This document shows, in pieces, positions 18,739 through 27,240 of a stretch of DNA of 64,000 bases. Made by a program: the position numbers and the translations under genes. This DNA is from Actinomycetota bacterium (GTDB lineage Bacteria; Actinomycetota; Actinomycetes; Propionibacteriales; Propionibacteriaceae), in NCBI GenBank assembly GCA_046732135.1, contig JBKPML010000075.1:1222-65221 (forward strand), given 5' to 3'. The number at the start of each line of letters is the position of its first letter. Position 1 is the first letter of the stretch. The notes below the pieces were generated by a model that had not been told where the DNA came from, searched no databases, and saw only the letters and a program-made list of their open reading frames with translations.

Positions 18739-19701
18739 TCATGACAGCGCAGCGTCGGCAAAGGCGGCATCCCAATCGCACAGGAAGCGGTCGATGCCGT
18801 ATCGCTCAAGCGCGGCCGCGCGGGCATTCTGGCCACGGCGTGCTGCCTCGTCCGGGTCGTGAAGCAGCATGCGGGCCGCCCGGATGAGCTCTCCCACATC
18901 GCTGGACAACGCACCTGCCTGCGGCGGTACCGCTCGAGGCGCTTCCGTCGTCTCCAGCACGACCACGGGCATTCCGAGCAGCATGGCTTGAATCAGCGAC
19001 AGTCCCAAAGACGTCCAGCGGTTGAGGTGCAGGTACACCCGACGGGCCGCCATGGCGTCGTAAAGCTCTTCAGGGCGGAGATTTCCGGCGAATCTGACCT
19101 GAGCGGCCGTCGGCTCCAGCGCATTCGGTAGCAGATCCGCATCGATGCCGAACGCGTCGATGGAAAGTCCGTCGAAGTGCCGCAATAGGTCGGTGCCCGT
19201 AACCCGCCACCGGCGTACGGGCTCGTTGACCACGAATGCGAGCCGGTCCAGATCACCCTGATAGCGCTGCCCGGGGTCGGCGATTCCGTGTTCGATCACC
19301 CGTCTCGGCGTGTCCCCACAGTCCCAGAACAGGTCGTTGAAGTACGTGACGTGGACGATCTGCAGTCCAGGCATGTCGGTCAGCGGATGGCGAGTGTTGG
19401 GCACGTCATACTTCGGCGTGTTGTGCTCGAGGAAGATGGTTCCAAGATCGACACCTGGCGTTCGGCGGATTTGCTGGCGAAAGATGTCCAGCTCCTCCAG
19501 TCGCTGGAACACGACCACATCCGGCGGTATGTCGCGCAGCTCGTCCGCTGTCACCTCCCGAGTTGAGGCGGGCGGAGATCCCTGATAGCGAGCCAACCCA
19601 CCGCGACCCCGCTCATCCGGCGGCAGGAAGAGGTACTCGTGCGAACCCGCGACCAGCGAATCGGTGTAGCCGCCGTGCACATCCCACATCAAAATCCTCA
19701 C
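18739..19701 (-). CDS. GT-B (GT4-like) glycosyltransferase
   Basis: MRILMWDVHGGY, RWRVTGTDLL and YLHLNRWTSLGLSLIQAMLLGMPVV motifs. Confidence 0.8.
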   Translation of the reverse strand: MRILMWDVHGGYTDSLVAGSHEYLFLPPDERGRGGLARYQGSPPASTREVTADELRDIPPDVVVFQRLEELDIFRQQIRRTPGVDLGTIFLEHNTPKYDVPNTRHPLTDMPGLQIVHVTYFNDLFWDCGDTPRRVIEHGIADPGQRYQGDLDRLAFVVNEPVRRWRVTGTDLLRHFDGLSIDAFGIDADLLPNALEPTAAQVRFAGNLRPEELYDAMAARRVYLHLNRWTSLGLSLIQAMLLGMPVVVLETTEAPRAVPPQAGALSSDVGELIRAARMLLHDPDEAARRGQNARAAALERYGIDRFLCDWDAAFADAALS

Positions 19702-21275
19702 GGCGCGTCGACTGCGACAAGCAGCTGCCGTTCTAGCACCGTGGGTAGAGACAGCGTGCGGTAACCCACATCGGAAAAAAGTACGGTGATCTCGTCGCCC
19801 TCGAGGCTCATCACCACGCCCGTGCCGAAGGTGTCATGCCGAACCTCCTGTTCAACGGCAAACGGTCCAGGCGACCTTTCGTCGGTGGCCCTACCGGCGC
19901 GGCAGTTGTCGCAGTCGCCGCATAGTCCGGCAGCCGCCTCGCCGAAGTACTGCAGCAGGAACTGCCGCCGGCAACCTGTCGTCTCGGCGTACGCACGCAT
20001 CATCTCGATGCGCGATTTCTGGATCGAGCGATAGGCCTCAGCCCTCGCGATCAGCTGCTCGACGGCCGATGTGTCGGGATCGAGCATTGTCTCGGCCAGC
20101 AGGTTGAGGATGCGACCAACCGCTCGCGCGCTGATCCCAGCCTTTTCGGCCAGCGAAGCTCGGGTCGCATCCGGGTCAGCGGCGAGCGCACCGAGAACGG
20201 CGGTCACATTGTTTGGCTTGGGTATCGGGGCCGTGAAAAAGCGGGCCAGCCCCAAGTCCTCAGGCCGGTAGAACAAGACCCCAAGAGCAGGTTGGCCGTC
20301 GCGGCCAGCCCTGCCGACTTGCTGGTAGTACTCATCGGGCGATTCCGGAGCCTGTGCGTGCACCACGAACCGAATGTCCGGCTTGTCGATACCCATGCCA
20401 AACGCCGAGGTGGCGACCATGATCTCCAACCCGCCGATCATGAAGGCTTGCTGCACGTCCTCCCGGACACGTTTCGGCAGGCCGGCGTGATAGGCGGCCG
20501 CAGGGAGTCCGAGGCCTCGCAGCTCTTCGGCATAGTGCTCAGCAGCCTTGCGCGTTGCCACGTAGACGATGCCAGGTCCGGCCGTCGTCGAAACGGCTTC
20601 CGTGACTTTCTTTTCCTGATCCGGCTCGTCCAAGCACCGGGTGACGGACAAGAATATGTTTTCCCGAGCGGTGCCACCTACCACAATCACCGGCTCGCGC
20701 AGGCGCAGGCGCTCGAGGATGTCTTTGCGGACCGGAGGAGCCGCAGTGGCGGTCAGCGCGATAGTGCGGGCACCATCGATCCCTTCTAGCAGCTCGCCCA
20801 AACGCAAGTAGTCCGGTCGGAAATCATGGCCCCACGACGACACACAGTGGGCCTCATCGATCGCGATCAATGTCGGGCGCATGGCGGTGACCGCGGTAAG
20901 GACTTCCTCATTGGCCAGCTGCTCGGGCGCTAGAAATAGAAACTCGACCCGTCCGGCAGCCGCATCACCCAGTGCCTGGTTCCGCTCTTTTTTCGTCTCC
21001 GCGGAGCTAACCCTCCGGGCAACGGTCTGGCGGCCATACTCCTCCAGCCGCGTTGTCTGGTCCTCCTGTAGGGCCAGCAGCGGCGAGACGACGAGCGTGG
21101 GACCCTCCATGAGCACGGCAGGCAGCTGGTACGCCAGCGACTTGCCGCCGCCAGTTGGCTGAACGAGCAGCACGTCATGTCCGTCGAGCAGGGCCCGCAC
21201 CGCCTCGTACTGCCCCGGCCGAAGCGACTCATGACCGAAAACCCGCCGGGCCGTTTCGACGATCTGACCACTCAC
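19698..21275 (-). CDS. recQ: RecQ family ATP-dependent DNA helicase (no HRDC; Tudor-like C-terminus)
   Basis: PTGGGKS, DEAHCVSSWGHDFRPDY, ALTATA, QQVGRAGRDG and Zn-site CRR...CGDCDNC. Confidence 0.9.
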   Translation of the reverse strand: MSGQIVETARRVFGHESLRPGQYEAVRALLDGHDVLLVQPTGGGKSLAYQLPAVLMEGPTLVVSPLLALQEDQTTRLEEYGRQTVARRVSSAETKKERNQALGDAAAGRVEFLFLAPEQLANEEVLTAVTAMRPTLIAIDEAHCVSSWGHDFRPDYLRLGELLEGIDGARTIALTATAAPPVRKDILERLRLREPVIVVGGTARENIFLSVTRCLDEPDQEKKVTEAVSTTAGPGIVYVATRKAAEHYAEELRGLGLPAAAYHAGLPKRVREDVQQAFMIGGLEIMVATSAFGMGIDKPDIRFVVHAQAPESPDEYYQQVGRAGRDGQPALGVLFYRPEDLGLARFFTAPIPKPNNVTAVLGALAADPDATRASLAEKAGISARAVGRILNLLAETMLDPDTSAVEQLIARAEAYRSIQKSRIEMMRAYAETTGCRRQFLLQYFGEAAAGLCGDCDNCRAGRATDERSPGPFAVEQEVRHDTFGTGVVMSLEGDEITVLFSDVGYRTLSLPTVLERQLLVAVDAP

Positions 21276-21402
21276 GATGACCCAGCTTGCACAACCCGCA
21301 AGAGCAGGCCGCGGCGGGGATCGCCATCCACCGTCAATGGTCTCTTGCTAGCCACCGTAGGCGTAGTCGGCAATGATCATTACACGACTGAAGGGAGTGA
21401 CC

Positions 21403-22047
21403 ATGCGCGCACGTCTTGCTCTCGGGACAGCTGTCGTGATGCTGCTGGTGACCGCATGCACGGTCACCAATGGCTCAGGCACAGTTACCACCGAATCTCG
21501 GCCGGTCAGCGGATTCCACGCTGTGGAGATCTCCGGCGTCGGGGAGCTGTCGATCGAGCAGACTGGCACCGAGTCACTGACCATCTCGGCGGAAGACAAC
21601 CTTCTGCCACTGCTGACCAGCGAAGTCAGTGGCGGCACCCTGAAGCTCGAAAAGAAGCGCAATGCGTTCATCCGGACCACCAAGCCCATCAAATACACCA
21701 TGACGGTCAAGGACTTGACGGCCCTTGGCATCTCCGGGTCGGCCACCGTACGCGCATCCCAGCTCAAAACGTCCAATCTCCAGATCGATATCAGCGGCTC
21801 GGGCAAGGTCACCGCCGCAGGACGGGCCGATAATCAAAAGCTGGACGTGTCCGGCTCCGGCAGCTACGAGGCCGCCGACCTCTCCGGGAAGAGTGCGACG
21901 ATCGACATCTCCGGGAGCGGCCAGGCCACCGTCAATGTGAGCGACAAGCTCGACGTACAAATCAGCGGCAGCGGCTCGGCGACCTACACCGGAAATCCTC
22001 AAGTCAGCCAGGACATCAGCGGTTCCGGAAAGTTGATCAAGAAGTAG
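21403..22047 (+). CDS. Lipoprotein with head GIN (DUF2807) domain
   Basis: AGGGAG RBS, lipobox LVTAC and repeated xISGSG units. Confidence 0.85.
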   Translation: MRARLALGTAVVMLLVTACTVTNGSGTVTTESRPVSGFHAVEISGVGELSIEQTGTESLTISAEDNLLPLLTSEVSGGTLKLEKKRNAFIRTTKPIKYTMTVKDLTALGISGSATVRASQLKTSNLQIDISGSGKVTAAGRADNQKLDVSGSGSYEAADLSGKSATIDISGSGQATVNVSDKLDVQISGSGSATYTGNPQVSQDISGSGKLIKK

Positions 22048-23188
22048 ACCGTCGGCTGAAACCGGCGGTCAGCTGGCCTTCGGAGTCCAACTCGATCCGA
22101 GTCCCGAACGGCCGGCTCACGTTGTCCAGGATGGTCTGGAGCCACTGCGCGTCTCTGGCCGAGGCCAGCTGCAACCGCAGTTGACGCGATTGCAACGGTG
22201 CCATGTGTAGCTGTAGAAGCCGACCCGAGGTCTGATCGACATGCGCTAGATACAGCAGCCGCAGATCGTCACGATACTGTTCGTGCCCGCGGATCCCTTC
22301 ATAGTCGTCGATCAGGTCACCGCATCCGTACAAGATCAACTTCCGCCGGTAGAGCTCGACGGGCCGTGGATGGTGCGACGAGTGACCGTGCACAAGATCG
22401 AAGCCGCCGTCGATCAGCCGATGCGCGAACCGAATTTGATCAAGTTCGACGTCGTAGCCCCAATTGGAACCCCAATGCACCGAGGCAATCACCACATCGC
22501 CCGGACGCCGCACTCTCCGTGCCCGGTCGCAAAGGTGATCGGCTTGAACGTCGGACAGCCTAGATATCAAATACACGCCAGCGTCCCTGGAGGTGACGGC
22601 CCAGTCGGGCGGAATGCCGCTCGACGGGGTGCCGAATGAGAAGACGATCACTCTGCCGCCCGTACGCGGGACTGGCACCACGGCGGGTGTCTGAGCCTCT
22701 GCCGCGTACCGGCCCGCACCAACGGTTTGCAGACCGGCGCTGGACAGCACATCCAGGGTCTCCAAAAGCCCGCCACTGCCGAAGTCGAGAACGTGATTGT
22801 TCGCCAGCACGCAGACGTCTGGCCTGACCACGGTCAGCGCCGGAAGATTGGCCGGATTCATCCGGTAGTGCACTCCCTTGCCGCGGGCGAAATCGCCGCT
22901 GGTAGTGATGCTGGTTTCGAGATTTACGATCCGCACGTCGCAATTCGCAGCATTCAGCAGCTCTAGCGCGTCTCCCCAAGGCCACGCCCAATCCACTGGA
23001 CGGGGAATTGCGCCGTTGACCGCTGCAGCGAGATCGAGATAGCCGCGAGCGTCACGCATATGGCTTTCGAGCAGCGCAGGGTCACCCGGGTAACGGAGAA
23101 TCTGGTCGACGCCCCGGCCCAGCATCACATCTCCACAGAGGAAGAGCCGCAGGGTGCTGTCCGTGGTTGATCCGGGCGCACCAGCCAT
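22037..23188 (-). CDS. CapA family metallophosphatase
   Basis: GDVMLGRG, NLETSIT, ANNHVLDFG, HWG and GHSSH motifs. Confidence 0.9.
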   Translation of the reverse strand: MAGAPGSTTDSTLRLFLCGDVMLGRGVDQILRYPGDPALLESHMRDARGYLDLAAAVNGAIPRPVDWAWPWGDALELLNAANCDVRIVNLETSITTSGDFARGKGVHYRMNPANLPALTVVRPDVCVLANNHVLDFGSGGLLETLDVLSSAGLQTVGAGRYAAEAQTPAVVPVPRTGGRVIVFSFGTPSSGIPPDWAVTSRDAGVYLISRLSDVQADHLCDRARRVRRPGDVVIASVHWGSNWGYDVELDQIRFAHRLIDGGFDLVHGHSSHHPRPVELYRRKLILYGCGDLIDDYEGIRGHEQYRDDLRLLYLAHVDQTSGRLLQLHMAPLQSRQLRLQLASARDAQWLQTILDNVSRPFGTRIELDSEGQLTAGFSRRSTS

Positions 23189-23242
23189 AGGCACATGATC
23201 GTGGGGATCACCGCCCGCCGCCACACCGATACGCTCTGCGCC

Positions 23243-23680
23243 ATGGCCGCCTCACGTCCGATTGACTTCTGGCTGAAGCTCGTCGACAAGTTGATCAACG
23301 AGCACTTCACCAGAACTCTCGAAGAGCATGGGATCACTCGGCGCCAATGGGAGGTCATGAACCTGCTCAGCACCCGACCGGCAGCACAAGATGAGTTGGA
23401 CGAGGTCTTGGCACCGTTTCCTGCGGAGCTTGGGGCGAGCACATTGGTCGAGGATTTGGCGGAGCTGGTGGAGAGCGGCTGGCTGGTCCAGCGGGAGCAG
23501 GGGTATGAGTTGACCGATCGCGGCCGCACCTCGTATGAGCGCCTGGAACCGGTGCTGCGTTCGAGCAACGACGAGATCGCTCGCGGCATCAGCGATGCGG
23601 ACTACACAACGATGATCGGCGTGCTCGAACAGATGGCGATCAACCTGGGATGGCGCGAACCGGAGCCGCCGCACGCATGA
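23243..23680 (+). CDS. MarR-family winged-helix regulator
   Basis: GITRRQWEVMNLL and LVESGWLV....YELTDRG wing. Confidence 0.75.
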   Translation: MAASRPIDFWLKLVDKLINEHFTRTLEEHGITRRQWEVMNLLSTRPAAQDELDEVLAPFPAELGASTLVEDLAELVESGWLVQREQGYELTDRGRTSYERLEPVLRSSNDEIARGISDADYTTMIGVLEQMAINLGWREPEPPHA

Positions 23681-23771
23681 ATCACCACTGTCGAATCGGG
23701 GCACATGCGGGACACAATGGCAGTGACAGACCGCAATGCGGCGAGAGAGCGGATCGGCAAGGAGGGCGATC

Positions 23772-24263
23772 GTGCACGCGGTAGTGGGTGATCGAGTAGT
23801 CGTAGCCGGCGCAAAATTAGGCGCGCCCGTCAGGGACGGCGAAATCGTCGAAGTGCACGGGCAAAACGGTGAACCACCTTTTGTGGTGCGTTGGTCCGAC
23901 ACCGGGCGAGAAAGCTTGTTCTTTCCGGGACCGGACTCCCACATCGATCACGAAGCTCCAGCAACCGAGATGTCGGCCGAGGGGCTGCAATCGGCGGGGC
24001 AGGTGCGCAAGTGGCACGTGGACCTCTACGTGTCCGAGGGCGAAGACAGCACGACGGCGCACGCCGTGCTGCACGGTGCGTCCCAAAAGTTGCTCGACAG
24101 TCGAGGGGCAGCGCGACTGAGACCCGGTGACACCAACGTGCCCGAGATCGGCGATGAGGTCGCCGTTGCCCGGGCGCTCAAGGGTCTTGCAGACCGGCTG
24201 CTGGCAACAGCAGCAGACGACATGTCAGCAATTGAGGGGCGCGCAATCCACCTGGACTCCTAG
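23772..24263 (+). CDS. DUF1918-DUF1876 fusion protein
   Basis: GDRV...RDGEIVEVHG..GEPPFVVRW..FFPGPD (DUF1918), then ARL.PGD..VPEIGDEVAVARAL (DUF1876). GGAGG RBS. Confidence 0.85.
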   Translation: MHAVVGDRVVVAGAKLGAPVRDGEIVEVHGQNGEPPFVVRWSDTGRESLFFPGPDSHIDHEAPATEMSAEGLQSAGQVRKWHVDLYVSEGEDSTTAHAVLHGASQKLLDSRGAARLRPGDTNVPEIGDEVAVARALKGLADRLLATAADDMSAIEGRAIHLDS

Positions 24264-24361
24264 GATTTCTCGGCTCGATGGCCGGCAGTGCGATATCGGG
24301 TTGAATTGCGGAACCCCTGGGGAACGGTCCAGCGGACTATAGTTGCGCCAGGAGTTTGCCC

Positions 24362-25213
24362 ATGGATATATCGGCTGGCCGCCAGCCTGAGCTTAATCCT
24401 GGCATTCCGACTGGTCTTGTTTCCCTAACCAACGGAGTAGTCGACATCGGCAGGCGCGCTCTTCCCAATGACGCGACATGGAACCTTGCTGCCGGCACAG
24501 CCGCAGTCGTGGGCGAAGCGACGCTGCGCACCGTCAACGCGATGCGCGGCATAGCCAGGCCCGTCCTCGGAATCGCATTACGACCACCATTGGTGCCGTC
24601 GGCCTGGCAACCAGCTCGAGTCATCGAAGCGCTTCAGCGGCGCGGACAACAGGAACGAATCAGGGGCGGCCTGGCAATAGAGCGAAGTCTTGACCTCCTG
24701 GTCCCCGTTCTCGTCGAGCAGGTGCTCAACCACCTCGACCTCAACGCCATCGTGAAAGAGCACGTGGATGTCGAAGCAATTGTCGCCACCGTTGATCTCG
24801 ATGCGGTGGTTGATCGGGTAGACGTCGACAAGATCGCCGGGCGCCTCAACGTGGATTCGGTCCTCGATCGGATCGACCTCAACGCGATCGTCCGGGAACG
24901 GGTGGACCTCAACGCCGTCGTCCGCGACGTCGATATTGACGCGGTGGCCGGCCGCCTTGACGTCTACGCCGTCATCAATCGACTTGATCTCGCCGCACTT
25001 GCCCAACAGGTTATCGATGCGGTTGACCTGCCCGACATCATTCGTGACTCCACCGGCTCGATGGCATCCGAGGCGGTACGCGGCGTGCGCATGCAAAGCA
25101 TCGAGGCCGACGAGGCGATATCGCGCGTTATTGATCGAATATTCCGTCGTCATCGAGTTCCGGTTTCGATCAAGCTGGTGCCTCCGAAGCGGTCGGAAGA
25201 ATCGGAAGAATGA
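24362..25213 (+). CDS. Hypothetical protein with about 11 tandem 9-10 aa [VIL]D[LVI]xA[VI] repeats
   Basis: Repeats are visible in the translation. AGGAG RBS 7 nt before ATG 24362. Confidence 0.75.
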   Translation: MDISAGRQPELNPGIPTGLVSLTNGVVDIGRRALPNDATWNLAAGTAAVVGEATLRTVNAMRGIARPVLGIALRPPLVPSAWQPARVIEALQRRGQQERIRGGLAIERSLDLLVPVLVEQVLNHLDLNAIVKEHVDVEAIVATVDLDAVVDRVDVDKIAGRLNVDSVLDRIDLNAIVRERVDLNAVVRDVDIDAVAGRLDVYAVINRLDLAALAQQVIDAVDLPDIIRDSTGSMASEAVRGVRMQSIEADEAISRVIDRIFRRHRVPVSIKLVPPKRSEESEE

Positions 25214-25716
25214 GTGCGACCGTCTCGCCGCTTCCCCAGGCAGCGCGCCAATATCAAGGTCGTCCTGCGGGACTGATCAGCCGATTTCTTGCCGCTGCCG
25301 TCGATTTACTGGTCGTGATCGCCGCGCTGGTCGGTGTTTATGCCTGCTGGGCAGGATTTCTGTTTCTGCTGCGGCCGGCCAGGTTCCAATTTCCGGATCC
25401 GTCGATCGTCTTGGGGTCCGGTGCCGGTCTGGTCGTGTTGACCTTGTACCTGACCGCTGCTTGGGCCATGACCGGGAGGACGTACGGCGACCACGTCATG
25501 GGACTGCGGGTAGTGGATCGTGCCGGAAGGGTGATGCGTCTACCCCGCGCGCTATTGCGGGCGCTGCTGTGTGCGCTGTTCCCGATCGGATTGTTCTGGG
25601 TGGCCGTGAGCGCCCGGAACAACTCGCTTCAAGACATCGTGTCGCGAACATCGGTGATGTACGACTGGCACACAGTCGATCCGACGAAAAAGAAGGAACG
25701 GCCTGTTACCTCATGA
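25210..25716 (+). CDS. RDD family membrane protein
   Basis: AGLISRFLAAAVD, GRTYGDHVMGLRVV and QDIVSRTSV motifs. Confidence 0.9.
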   Translation: MSATVSPLPQAARQYQGRPAGLISRFLAAAVDLLVVIAALVGVYACWAGFLFLLRPARFQFPDPSIVLGSGAGLVVLTLYLTAAWAMTGRTYGDHVMGLRVVDRAGRVMRLPRALLRALLCALFPIGLFWVAVSARNNSLQDIVSRTSVMYDWHTVDPTKKKERPVTS

Positions 25717-27240
25717 CGATCTCCGGCGTTGCCTTCTTTTGCCACGGACCGTCACACCCAGGGACATTGCGGCACAGACAGCAGCACCGTTTACCCAGGG
25801 CCTTGGGTTTCGATAATTAGGCTGCTTCCTGAAGGACATCGGAGCTATCCCGAGACACAGGCCACTGACCTCGCCATCCGGTCCGACATGAAAGATGATC
25901 GGTGAGGTGCCCGAGCCTATAGCCGAGAAATCGACTCGGAACGCGTAGGGGTCATCACCGTCAGGGTAGAGGCGAAGACCGCGGCGAACGGCCGGGACCG
26001 GCGTTTGCCCACGAATTGTCAGCTGTCCGCGGTTGACGACGACTTCCACGCCGGCTCCCAACATCAGCCGCGGCTGAGGATCGGTAAGGAAGCCCGGTCC
26101 AAAGGAGTACCAGCCACACAGGTCGCTCCAATGCGAAGGCTGCTCTGGAACGTCGGTCCGCAGAGTGTCATCCGCAACGCCAAGCAGCTGAGGTAGTAGC
26201 GAACTGGTGATGGCCACGGGTGCACCACGATGATTGAACCCGCCCGTGTTGGCGAACGCCAAGACCCCGATCTGGTCCGCCGGAGCGAGCACCATATCGG
26301 AAAGGAAACCTTTCCAGATCCCGTCGTGCCAGACGGTCTGGTGGCCGCCGATGGCGTTGCGAAAGAACCCGAGCCCCATGCCAGGTATCCGAGAGTCCGG
26401 CTGGAAGTGCGGCTCGAACATCAAAGAGAGTGTCTGAGGTTTCAGTACCGTGCCGTGGTCATTGGTGCCGCCCCCTAGCAGTGCAGTGGCGTATCGCGCC
26501 ATGTCCCTGACAGTGGAGTAGACCGAGCCGCCGCCGACCACCGCGATTTCGTGGTCGGCGACAGCCTGAAGGCCCCGGGAGCCCAGCGAGTAGCCAGTGG
26601 CGAGGTGTGACCGCACCCGCTCTGATCGAACGAGCTCTGAGCTCGCCATGCCAAGAGGGTCAAACACGCGCTCCCTCAAATAGCGCTCGAGAGCTATTCC
26701 GCTCACGTCCTCGACGATCTGACCGAGCGTGGTGAACCCGTGATTGGTGTAAGCCCATCGAGTTCCTGGTTCGACATCGATTCGGAGGCCGCCTTTGTAG
26801 TACTCCGGGGGCAATGGCACCGGGCGTCCACCTCGGACACCCCAGCCGAGCTCGGGTCGCAGCAGATCGGACACCCTTCGTACGGCACGTACGCCAGCTG
26901 TGTGCGTCAACAGGTGACGCACGGTCGCCGGCTGGAAAGTCGACTTGGCCGGCACCAGGGCATAGCTGCGCAGATAATCGTTGGCAGGTGCGTCAAGATC
27001 AACTAATTGCTGCTCCCACAACTGCATGATGGCGATCGCGGTCATCGTCTTGGTAATCGAGCCGATGCGGAAGACGGTGTCCAGCGTGACCGGCGTGCGC
27101 GTTGGGACGTCTGCAACGCCGCGTCGATAGAGGAAGTCCGGCGATCCGCTCCGGAGCACCGCGACGGCGAGCCCAGCAGTCGGCCAACGGTTGAGGATCT
27201 CGTCAACCGCCGATCTCAGCTCGGGCTCAGTGATGCTCAC
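25711..27240 (-). CDS. Serine hydrolase, beta-lactamase class C/esterase family (paralog B)
   Basis: SITK (SxxK), LLTHTAG, YTN and HDG motifs. GTG 27240 overlaps the paralog A end. Confidence 0.85.
   Translation of the reverse strand: MSITEPELRSAVDEILNRWPTAGLAVAVLRSGSPDFLYRRGVADVPTRTPVTLDTVFRIGSITKTMTAIAIMQLWEQQLVDLDAPANDYLRSYALVPAKSTFQPATVRHLLTHTAGVRAVRRVSDLLRPELGWGVRGGRPVPLPPEYYKGGLRIDVEPGTRWAYTNHGFTTLGQIVEDVSGIALERYLRERVFDPLGMASSELVRSERVRSHLATGYSLGSRGLQAVADHEIAVVGGGSVYSTVRDMARYATALLGGGTNDHGTVLKPQTLSLMFEPHFQPDSRIPGMGLGFFRNAIGGHQTVWHDGIWKGFLSDMVLAPADQIGVLAFANTGGFNHRGAPVAITSSLLPQLLGVADDTLRTDVPEQPSHWSDLCGWYSFGPGFLTDPQPRLMLGAGVEVVVNRGQLTIRGQTPVPAVRRGLRLYPDGDDPYAFRVDFSAIGSGTSPIIFHVGPDGEVSGLCLGIAPMSFRKQPNYRNPRPWVNGAAVCAAMSLGVTVRGKRRQRRRSS

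Noticed and set aside
21700-22040. xISGSG repeats as a novel repeat protein
   Set aside because: This is the normal beta-helix repeat of DUF2807.
22037-23188. Poly-gamma-glutamate capsule locus
   Set aside because: capB and capC are absent from the window.
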